This document shows positions 23,817-34,100 of a DNA stretch of 64,000 nt, one piece after another. The notes below the pieces were generated by a model that worked only from the letters and a program-made list of their open reading frames with translations, was not told the DNA's origin and ran no database searches. Location: contig QPMI01000217.1 of NCBI GenBank assembly GCA_004431415.1, positions 61,556-125,555 on the forward strand, in the 5' to 3' direction. A program made the translations under genes and the position numbers. Position 1 is the first letter of the stretch. Each line of letters opens with the position of its first letter. The stretch is from Cyanophora paradoxa CCMP329 (lineage: Eukaryota; Plantae; Glaucophyta).

Positions 23817-25144
23817 ATGAACGCAGATGAGAAGTGGACTCGGAGGGAGGTAGATTTGGTCAAGGATCTCGTCGAGCTTTACGAAGCGGAGACGTCGACG
23901 CGGGAGCACGCGGAGAGCTTCGAGAGCTTCGTGAGCCGCTGCAAGACGCGGGGCGACATCAATCCCAGGATCCAGGTCCGCCCGCCCGAGCGCGAGCCCC
24001 GCTCGAGAAAATGCGGAGCTGATCCCGCGCCGCAGGATCTCTGCCAGGAGCGCCCGCTGACGGCGATTAGAAGGCACGCCCAGGACCTGGGCCTCACCGC
24101 CGCGCTGCCGAAGAAGCGCGCCGCGGCCGCCCCGAAGACGGGCGCCGGGTCCGCCCCCGCCAAGAAGCGGAAGCGTGCGCTCATGCCCCTCGCGGCCGCT
24201 GCCAGCGCCCCTCACGCCGCACTGGCAGGCGGCGCCGGGGCCTCCAACTCCAACTCCCGCGCCCAGCAGGCGCCCGCTCCGGCCCCGGCGCCGGCTGCCG
24301 TCGCGCCCGCTCCGCAGACGGTCGCCCCGCCGCGCACCGCCCCGGCCCCCGTCGACCGCCGCGCCCTGACGGCGCCTCCTCCGATCTTCGTGCCCCGGGA
24401 TAAGGCAGCGCCTGCGGGCGCAGGCCCCGCCGGCAGGGGTCCGGAGGCCGCCCCCGCGGCTCTTGCCACGGCGAGCCAGCAGCGGGGCAAGCAGCCGGCG
24501 CCCCAGCCGGCGGCCGGCGCGGCGGCGGGCGCGGCCCCCGGCGGGGCGCCGGGGGCGCGGGCGGGGCCTGCGGCGGGGCCGAGGCAGAAGCTCGCCGTCC
24601 GCTTCGATGTCCCCTCCGACGACGACGAGGAGGACGCGAAGGAGGAGGAGGAGGAGGAGGAGGAGGACGCCCCGGGCCCGGCCTGCGCCCCGCCGGCGAA
24701 GGCGGCCCCCGAGGGGGTCCCGGGCGCGCGGCGCCGGTCCCGGCCACGCGCCCGGCCAAGGAGAAGGCCCCACTTCGCGCCCCGGCCCCGGCCCCGGCCC
24801 CGGCCCGCTCCGGGCCCCGGCCCCGGCCCCCGCCCCGCCGGTGCCGGTGGAGGAGGAGGAGCGCGTGCCGGGCTCGCAGGGCTTCGAGGGGCCCGCCCAG
24901 GCCCACGCCTCGGCCGCCCCGCAGGCCCCGGCGGCCGGCCCGTCGAACGCCGGGGGCGGCCCGGCGGGGGTCCCCCAGCGCTGGCGACGGGGTTGGGAAC
25001 CTCGCCTTCGACATCGAGAAGGAGGCGCTGCTGATGCGGGCGGCGGCGCTGCGCTCGCGGGCCGCCGCGGAGGCCCAGCTCGCCCACGCCGACACCCTCG
25101 CCGCCCGCGCGGCCGAGCTCCGCGCCAGGCTGCTCGCCCCCTGA
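23817..25144 (+). CDS. Protein with an N-terminal Myb/SANT-like helix, a Pro/Ala-rich middle, an acidic tract and a C-terminal coiled coil
   Basis: MNADEKWTRREVDLVKDLVELYE; intron near 23975-24035; frameshift(s) in the GC-rich middle; ends ...EKEALLMRAAALR...LLAP*. Confidence 0.5.
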
Positions 25145-25682
25145 GCTCGCCCGGCCAGGCCCCCCTCTCCGCCGCCTCAAGGCCTCCGACGCCCGTCGGA
25201 CCCCGAGCGCTCCGCCGCGGCCCGCGCCGGATGCACTGGTGGTCGTGATCTCGAGCGGCCATCATGGCATGGCTTCCGCCGGCCGCTTTCGAGCGGATCT
25301 TCGTGCCAGTCTCCTGTGAATCTTATATATTGAAGGCTCCATGAAGTTGTTTCTTTTTCAGTATTCTATTCAAGTTAGCGTTTCTTTGGCGCCTCGTTCC
25401 TTCGAGTTACGTGTTGGTGCAAATCGAGTGTAGTGTTAGTGCATGCGCACACCTTCCTTTCTAATACGTTGTTATTGTACATCGAGTGTTTCGGCGGGGG
25501 AGGGGCGCGAGCCCTTGCCCCCTTTACGTAAGCCGTGCTCATGGTCGCGATTAATATTCTAGGTGTCACAGAGTGTATGCCTGGTCGATGTATTAAAATA
25601 TCGCAGGTGTATAGGTTCGAATTCGCGGTGAGCAAGTTAAGTAAAGAGCGCAAAGACAAACTGATTGAAAGGAGGTGTCGAA

Positions 25683-28600
25683 CTACTGGTGAAAGAAAAG
25701 GAGCAAAGCGCGAAGAGGAAAGCTACTAGACTTAGACGCGGGATCCGGAGAAGCGGGGCGCTGGGAGTAGGCCTGGTACTTGGGGGCGCCGGTGTCGGGC
25801 AGGAGGGCGTAGGCGGCGACGCTGTCGTAGAGCCAGTGGGGGTTCACGAACTCGGCGGCCTCCAGCAGCGCGCGGGCCCCCGGGGGCAGCGCGAAGAGGG
25901 GTACGACGGCGTCCAAGTCCACCGCGAGGTCGCCCATCCCCGCCTCGAACGTCTCCGGCGATCGGATCACGTACGCAGCCCGCGCCCTCGTCGGCTCCGG
26001 CTCGAGGTTCGAGGTTCGAGCTCAAGGCCTCGGGCGCGGCGCGGGGGGCGAGGAGCGCGCCGCCGCCGGCCTCGACGAGGGCGGCGAGCTGCGCGCGGGA
26101 GGGGCCGTGGCCCGTGAAGCGGCCCCAGAGGGCGAAGAGAAGGCCCTCGAAGAGCCGCGGCCCCTGCTCGCCATCGCAATCAGGGTTCGGGCGGCGGGCG
26201 CTCGAAGCGGCCAGCAAGGGCGGCGGGCGTGCGCACCCCGGCCTCGAGGGCCGCGCGGGACTTGTGGGCGGCGCCGCTGTTGCCGCCCGATTTCCTGGTG
26301 TCGCCCTTGAGCTGGAACTGAGCCTCCGGCATCCACGTCCCGTGCGATTGGCAAGAGCGCACCCCTGCGCATGCGGCCCGTCAGCTCGAGCGGGCGGGGT
26401 CGAGGGGCGCGCGACATGGGAGACGCGGAGCGCACAGCCCTCAGAGACGACCCAGGCCCCGCGGGCGATTCCGCACAGGTATCGGAAGGTTGGGCGGCAA
26501 CGCCCGTTCTCCTCGTTGCAGACCACGTGAGTCACGTCGGGGCTCCAGCGGTCCGCGACGCGCGCCCCGCCACGCGCCTCCACCAGTTCCTTCAGCTTTT
26601 TCTGCGGCGGGCCTCATGATCAGGAAACGTAGGCAGGAAAAACGAACGAAATGAAGGCCCACTTTGTCATTGTCTGTGAGACAGCTGGTGAGGATGACGA
26701 ACGGGCGCGCCGGTTCGTAATCAGATGGCGTGTCATGGATCCGGTCCGAGCGTCGCCCTGTGAGACCAAATGGGAGAGCCGAGGAGGAGGCCGAGGAGGA
26801 GGAGAAGGAGGCGGCGGGCCTTTTGCCGCGGGGCGCGGAGGCGGCAGGAGGCTGCGAAGCAGGGGGCGGCCGCGGGGGGCGGGGGGCGGGGGCCGGGAGT
26901 CGGCCGGAGGCGGCCGGCCTCCCCTTCGGTCCGGGCCGGGCGCCGCGATCGCTGCCGCTGCCGCTACCCTCCCCCACAGAGCCGGCCCGCCTCTTCTGCT
27001 TGCCCTTCTCCTTTCTCGAGCCCCGGCCCCGGCGCGCCAGAACCGCCGGGGCCTGTCCGCTGTGCTCCGCGCAGTCGATGACGTGCTCTTCCTGCAACTC
27101 GAGTTCGCCGATCACGAGGCGGCCCGCGCGCGCGAGAAGCTCAAGGGAAATCGTCTCACCTCGTACATGGTGGGCCGCTTCGCCTGCTCGGCCATCGAAA
27201 GCCTCCGGACGCAGGGGTAGTGGTAGCGACGGCCGCAGCGGTCCGCCACGCAGCCGATGGCCGCGCCGGGCTGCCTGCAGGCCTCGTAGCTGCATTTCTG
27301 TGCAGGGTGTCGAAAACAGAGGAGGACCGGTGCACGATCAAGCGCACGATCTTTCGTGAGCGGTTGAACTCTTCGGCGAACATGGTGTACCCCCCCGTCC
27401 CGTCCTCGGCCACGTCGGGCGCCCACTCCGCGCAGTTCTCGTGCACGTAGAGTCCGATAACGTGTTTCTGCGAGTCCGCGTCAGCCGACGGTGAAGTCTC
27501 GACCGGGATCTCGGGGATGGAGTCAGGCTCGCCTTGTTGGTGGGGTCTAGCACCGCGTACGGGCCGAGCCCCTCGCCGCAGAGAGGGTCGGGGTCCTGCC
27601 CTTCCTTGGGCAGCGCGCCTCTGCAGAAGCAGCAGTAGCGCGTGGGGTCGTCTTCGTCCCCCTCCTCGTCGCTCGGCACCCACTCTTCGTCCTCGTGCAC
27701 AGACTCCTCGCCGCTCTCCACCCCCCCTCCGAGTCCACGTCCGCGAACATGAGGAAGGCCCAGTCGTAGTGCTTCAGGGCGCCCTCCCAGCGCTCCTGGA
27801 GGTGCCCCTGCAGGCTCCGGGTGAAGCCCTGCCGCCTGAAGAACTTGGACGCCGTCGCGTCCGCGAACGTCGCGAGCCAGCGGATGCCCTGCTCCCGCGC
27901 CTCGCGCCTGCCGATCCATCGAGATCAGTCCACGCTGGGAAGACGGATGGGAGGCCTAGGGGCCGGGATCTCACCGGAGCCCGGCGAGGAGGCCGGGGCC
28001 GATGCCGCGGCGGCGGGCCTGCTCCGCCACGCAGAGGAACGTGATCTCGGCGATGCGGCGCCGAGGCATCGGCTTGTAGACGACGGCCCCGACGACCTCC
28101 TTGGAGGGCGCCGGCCCCAAGTCGAACAGGCACCGGTGGAATCTGCGGGGCGGTCGTGAGGAGCTCGAGTCCGGAAAGCAATCTGCGGGGCGGGGCGCAC
28201 GGGTCGGCGATGACGCCCTCCACGTAGGGCTTCTTCAGGCCCGGGAGGGCGAGGTGGACGAGCGCCGCGACCTCCGCCGCCCGGGCCTCCCTCTCCGCTC
28301 CCCCCAGGTCCCCTAGACGGTGGAATGGGCGAGGGCGCTCGGGCGAGGCCGCCGCGGGCGCAGGGGGCGCGAGAGGGGCGGTCGTCGCCGGGCGGGGGGC
28401 GGCAGAAGCGGTGGGGGGTGCGCCGGCGTGCTCCGGGGCCGCGCCGGTGTCGGCCGCGCCGCTCGTCGCGGGCGCGGAGGCGTTGCCCAGCGGCCGGAGC
28501 GGCGCCCGCGCGGCGGCGGGGTCGTCGCGCGCCTTCTTTGCCGGCCGCTTGTTCGGGGAGCCCTCTTCGCGGTTCTCCTTCTCGGCGTCGGCGAGGAGTG

Positions 28601-29330
28601 GCGCGGCGCCGTCCCCGGCGCTGCGGACGGCCTCGCGGACGCCCGCCGTCCGTGACGACCGCGGCCCGGCGGCCACCGCGCCGGCGACCGCGCGGCACGA
28701 CGGCTCCAGTTCCATCTGCGCCAGGCCTGGAGAGAGTCAGTCGCGGGGGCGCGCGCCACGAGAGCACCGACGGGCGAGGGCACCTGCGGCGGGCCGCTCT
28801 GCGTCCTGCCGCCCTTCCGGCGGGTCAGCCGGACACCGCCGCGTGCGGAGGCGGCGAGGAGCTTCCTCCTCCACGTCGCCGATCGCGTGCGAAGGGCCCG
28901 GCCCGCCTGCCGGATCGTCGGCGTCAGCTCCGATGCCGGCGGGACGAGACCGACTGCTCACCGACGACCGCCTCGCTGCCGCGCGCAGCGGAGCCGCTCA
29001 CAGCCATCTCCAGCTGGAGGAACGCGCAAGCGATGTCGCGCATGAGCTGAACACCGCGCAGCGAGCCCCGGTCGAACTCGGCGCGGCAGCTGCGAGCGGA
29101 AGGTCGTGATCAGCGCTCCGACGCGAGCTTGTCGACTTTCTTCGATCAAATTGCGCGTGCGCACTTCGGGCACGTCAGCGTGTCGCAATGCGTTGGGCGC
29201 TCGATGCAGACGCTGCGCGAGCCGTCGGCCGCCGCGCTGCAAGGGCGGGCCGCGGGGTCGGAGGCACGTACGTGCAGCATAGGTGGTTGCAGGGTATATT
29301 GAGAACGTCTCGCACGACCACGTGACTGCT
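25683..29330 (-). CDS. BRCA1/BARD1-like protein: RING - GCN5-type acetyltransferase - extended PHD - tandem BRCT; first exon not identified
   Basis: RING: IPCNHLCCT|VCIE..TCPN|CRAEFDRGSLRGVQLMRDI. HAT: LPGLKKPYVEGVIADP, AEITFLCV..RRRGIG, TFAD..FFRRQGF. ePHD: CCFC..VHENCAEWAP..CSYEAC..GAAIGC..CGRRYHYPC..CAEH. BRCTs: WSPDVTHVV..TFRYLCGIARGAWVV, GPRLFEGLLFALWG, PHWLYDSVAAY. Confidence 0.82.
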
Positions 29331-29716
29331 AGCCGTGTGGGCGCGCGCTGCGGTCAGCCTGCGGAACGACCGCATGCGCAGGCCGCGGGGCCTCGCCGCT
29401 CAGCAAGTAGATGCAAACCTCACGGCCAGCCGTCACACGGCGTGAGGTTTGAGGTTTGCAATTGCAATTGATCATGAGGTCACCGGGTTTAAAATTTCGT
29501 GATGCATGCGCATGTGCACGTGATCATGACTCAGTGATCATGAGGTTTGAGGTTTTGAGGCATGCGCATGCGCGCGCGCCACGATGTGCGCATGCCGCAG
29601 TGCCGGCGCCGCCCCCCGGTCGACGTCCCGAAAGGGTACGGGGGCGCGAAGGTAAGGGGGCACTGTCGCTGTCGTCGCTGGAGCGCCGAGCGGAAAGCAT
29701 CGAGCGAGCGAACAAG

Positions 29717-29890
29717 AGTAGTATTCCGGTACCCCCGAGCGTACCGGAACGCGCCCGTCTCCAGCCGACGGCAGCGCCAGCGCGCGATGCGCACTCAGCA
29801 GTAGGCCGGTCGAGCACAGACCGTCCAGCTTGCCCGCCCTCCCCGCCCGACGCCCATGACCTGATGAATGTTGCTGCAGACAGCCCGCAC
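29717..29890 (+). repeat. Direct repeat copy 1 (174 bp; partner at 38229-38402)
   Basis: AGTAGTATTCCGGTACCCCC...GACAGCCCGCAC occurs at both sites with 3 mismatches. Confidence 0.95.
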
Positions 29891-31134
29891 GGCCCTCCCA
29901 TGAACCTCAGAGCATCCTCGGATGTCTCACGTGCCTTAAGCCTGCAGTCGAGCGGCGTGCTCGCTCAGGACACGGCCTCTTGCCCAAATCGCCTGCCGGA
30001 CATGCTCGCCCGAACCTCTGGACTGAATCGCTCGCCCTCTTCGCGTGCCCGACTACATGTTGGATCGATATCACTATCCCGTGCGCTAGCTAACCTGTGC
30101 CCGCGCCGCGCCGCACAGGTCACGCGCGTGCGCACGTCATCAGCGCCAACGGTCACTTGGCGCCGAAACCTCGGAGTCGCTTCCAAGCGTCTCTGGGGCT
30201 CTTGTAGAATCGCCTGGACTAGTAGGCGCATGCCGAGCCGCGCTAGAGACGCCGCGGGACGACCACGGCGAACGAAGGGGGGGTATAGATCACACTCTCG
30301 GCCCCTTCCGTACGCGAGCAGCTCTAGCTCTGCACGCCCGGCACTGGCGTTCACGCACGCCAACCCCTTCCAAGCACTCGTGGCCATGCGGGACGACGCG
30401 ATGCCTTCGGGAAGGGAAGGCGGGTCCGAGTGGCGCGGCGACCCACGTTCTCCGCCGCCGGACCCACAGGGCAAGCGTAAAGCAGATCAGCAGCAGCCGG
30501 TGGCTCGCACGCCGGCGAAGCGATCGCGCGCCGAAGCCGGTGGCTTACCTAACAACGTGAGCACGAACGCGCAGTTCTCCCGCCTGTACACAGCAAGTCT
30601 GATCTGCTCCCAACCACCGCAGGCCCTCGAACGGTCCCGCCAGTCCAGATCACAGGAACCCGAAAGGCCCTCGATCGCTGAGCAACGGGTGCCGCACGCG
30701 ACTCCTCACCAAAGATCGTTTCCTCGCGCTCATCGCCGACCATCGCAGAACGCGGCGCGCTCGGATGCCGGCTCCAGGATGAAGCCTCTAGGCCACCCGA
30801 CCGCGAACGTCGGGGTGCGCGTGTCGCGGCGTCCTCCCTTAGCCGCAGTGCACCGCCAACACGCGACGCAGCAATGGACGATGGAGACGGCGCGCGGGCG
30901 TGTCAGCTTCGGGGCATCGATAGCTGCGCCCGCGTCGCAGTGCACAGTCTTTTCTGGCAAGACAGAGGCAGGATTCTTCGTCGTGTGCCCCGAGCAGCAG
31001 TCACTAGCTTCTCAGAAAGCTGCAGGCTCAGTAGATCTAGGTCCCTGTCTAGATCTAGTCGCAATGCATGGCCTCCCTCGTACTCCCCTCCTAGCCAAAC
31101 GCCCGCCGAGCGAGAGGGACATACTGAGGGGACA

Positions 31135-34100
31135 ATGAACAATAACGTGAACACGGCGGGGGGGGCGCAACAGGGCCGGGCCGCGCCCCGTATAATTGAC
31201 CTCTTCCCGACGGACCTCTTCACCCACGCAAAGCTCGGCGCGCGGCCGCGCACGCTGAAGCGCCAATTCGACGCTAAGCAGGCCTGGCGGATCGCCACCT
31301 GGAACGCACGGTCGTGCTCGAGCGTGAACCACGTCGGCCACCTGCAAAAGTACATGAAGGACTGGGGATCAGCGTCATGGGCGTCCAATCACTTAACTGT
31401 ACCGCCGCGGCAGCCCGAGCGATGAGGCAGGCCATCGACGCCGGCGTCATGCTGACCTCGGTCCACCCTAGCGCGCCCCGCCGCGCCGAGCCGATGAAGA
31501 AAAAGAAGAAGAAGAAGAAGAACGACCCAAGGAGCCGTCTGCGCGCGGGTCAGGCGTTGCGCTGCTGCTGTCCGCGGACATGGCGAAGCACTGCTTCCGC
31601 ACCTACTCAATGCCGGGGCGAGTCGTCGGGTGCGAGCTGCGCTTCGCGGACAACGTGCAGGTCTTCGTAGCGAGCGTGTACCTGCCGCCGGGAGAAAGCC
31701 GCACCTCAGCGAACACGGAGAGCGCCCGGATCATCGAGTACATGCGAAACAACATCCTCGCCGACTGGGCGGCCCGACACAAGGCGCACCTGTTCCTGCT
31801 CGGTGACTTCAACAGCTGTGTCTGCCCGGCGACCGGCCGGATCCGCAACGCGCGCTACGCCAGCTCACACGAACCGGAGCATCGCTGGTGGAGAGAGCTT
31901 CTCAGCGAGAGCGCCTGGAACCTGCGCGACGCTGCGAAGCTGGCGGGCACGGACGATCAGATCACCTTCATCTTCCCCGACAAACAGCGCGGGCCGGACG
32001 AACCTGGGCCTGAGCCGCGAGGGATCACTGCGACGGGCCACCTGCGGACAGCTGCTCGGCTCGACTACATTCTCCAGTCCACGGCAGCCGGGGCCGGACT
32101 CCGGGCAGTTCAGGTATCCCCCCGCCACGCGCCCTACGAGTCCGACCACTTCCCGGTACTCGCCGAGTACGACAGGCGCGGACTCGGCCTCCAGTTCTCG
32201 TCCGGCCCGCCGCCCGCCCCCCAGCGCCCGCCTAGGTTCCAGTACGGAAAGCAAGCCGCTCTGACGAAAGTTCGGTTCAAGGAGCTCCTGGAGGCCAGCC
32301 TGAGCCGGACCAGCCCCGGCGCCGAATGCGTGGCAGCAATCCTCGACGAAATCGAGCGGGACGCCGCCGCGCCGCCGCAGCAGCGCCTGACCCGCCTCAG
32401 CGCCGCGCTCGACGGGGCGCTCGATCGAGTCAAGGAGATCGGCCAGTCCGCGGACTTCGGCATGTACACGCCCGCACGCAAGACCCAAAAGTTCTCTCGC
32501 AGGGGCCGGCCAGAGTCGGCGCTGCTCACGCGCGCGCAGGAACTCCGGCGCACCTGGGCGGCGGCGCGACACGGACCCGACTCCACGCCTCGCCGAGTGA
32601 GACACGCGCTATCGGACCTCCGCCTCGCCATCTCAAACCATAACCGTCGCATCTCGCAGCTCCCCGTGGAGAAACGGTCCGGCTATAGTCTCCTCCCGGC
32701 TCCACCCCCCTCTCCTCCTTTCTCAGCGCCGCAGCCCCGCTGGCTCGAGCACTACGATGTGTTCCTGGCATGGGTCTCGGCGCTCGACAAGAAGGTCGAC
32801 CTGCACATCCGCGGCTTCGAGACCAAGCGCATCCTGGCGAGCCGCGAACGCACGCGCCGCATGTTCAAAGTTGACCTCGCGCAGCACCTCCGACTGGTCC
32901 TGGAGGCGCCGGCTCGCCGAGGTATCACATCTTTCTCGTTCTTCGATGGGCTCGAATACAAAGTGTATGACTCCGAAGAGCAAGTCTGTCCCTTTGCCCG
33001 CCAGCACATGCACGCCTGGACCAAGCGCAGAGCACCCCTAACGGCCTGCCTCGACCCGCTAGGTCTCCCGCTAAGCGAATGCGCCCGGGACCCCCGCCTC
33101 TGGCAGCGACTGCACGCGCCGCGGGACGACATAGATGCAGCCCTATTCGATAGCCTACTGAATCGCACGGAGGACACGGAGCTGGGCAGAATCATTGGCT
33201 CGCTGAGAAACGGGGCGGCAGGGCCCTCGGGCCTCTCGAATGAAATGATTAAGATGCTGTGGAGTGACCCTGTCCTCCCCAGGAAAACGCTCGAAGAGCT
33301 GAAGAAAGCGGGCCTGGACACCTCGGCCCTCCAGTCCGAAAACAGAACGCCAACCTGCAGGCGGCTTCTACTGGTGACGGTCAACCTGATTCTAGAGCTC
33401 GGAGCTGTTCCTGAACCTCTGCTCTACGGAAATATCTGCCTGATCCCGAAGAGCGGAGAATGGGACGGGCACCCTGACAACGTCAGACCGATAACACTGC
33501 AAGAATGCGCCCTGAAACTGGTCACAGCTCTTCTCACGGATAGACTCTCCAGGATCATCCGAAAGAACGAACTACTGAAGGCGCAAACTACGCCTTTACA
33601 CGTGGTAAATCGACGGACGAGCCGCTCTACATGATGCGCGCATTACTTGAAGATGCGAAACAGTTCTCTAAACCGATCTACCTGCTCCTCCTTGACATCC
33701 GTCGAGCCTACGACAGCGTGAGCTGGCCCAGCATGGCGATGGCCCTCCGCCGCCTCCGCATCCCTGAGAAGTACATTCAGCTGTACGAACAGCTCACGAC
33801 GCGGCGCAAGGCATCGGTCCTCACCGGGTACGGCCCCACCGAACCGTTCGATGTCGAGTGCGGGCTTCCCCAGGGGGTACGGAATCGCCTATCCACTGGC
33901 TCATCTTTTACGATGTCTTCCTTACGGCCCTGCGCGAAGTCAGCGCGGCGGAGGGTACAACATACCGCATGGGGCCCGGGATCGCACCTCGCCCGGCCCC
34001 CCCGCCAGCTCACCGCCTCCGGGCTCACCTCCCCGACGTTGACTCGCCAGGGCAGGCCTACGCGGACGACACCGTGCTCATCAGCTCGTCCGCGCGGGGG

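Noticed and set aside
29443-29560. TGAGGTT runs as a telomeric array
   Set aside because: Only 2-3 units per run and not a canonical TTAGGG/TTTAGGG repeat. Kept only as a possible target motif.
29855-29915. CTGATGA in the LINE direct repeat as a hammerhead ribozyme core
   Set aside because: No properly placed GAAA or flanking stems could be found in either copy.
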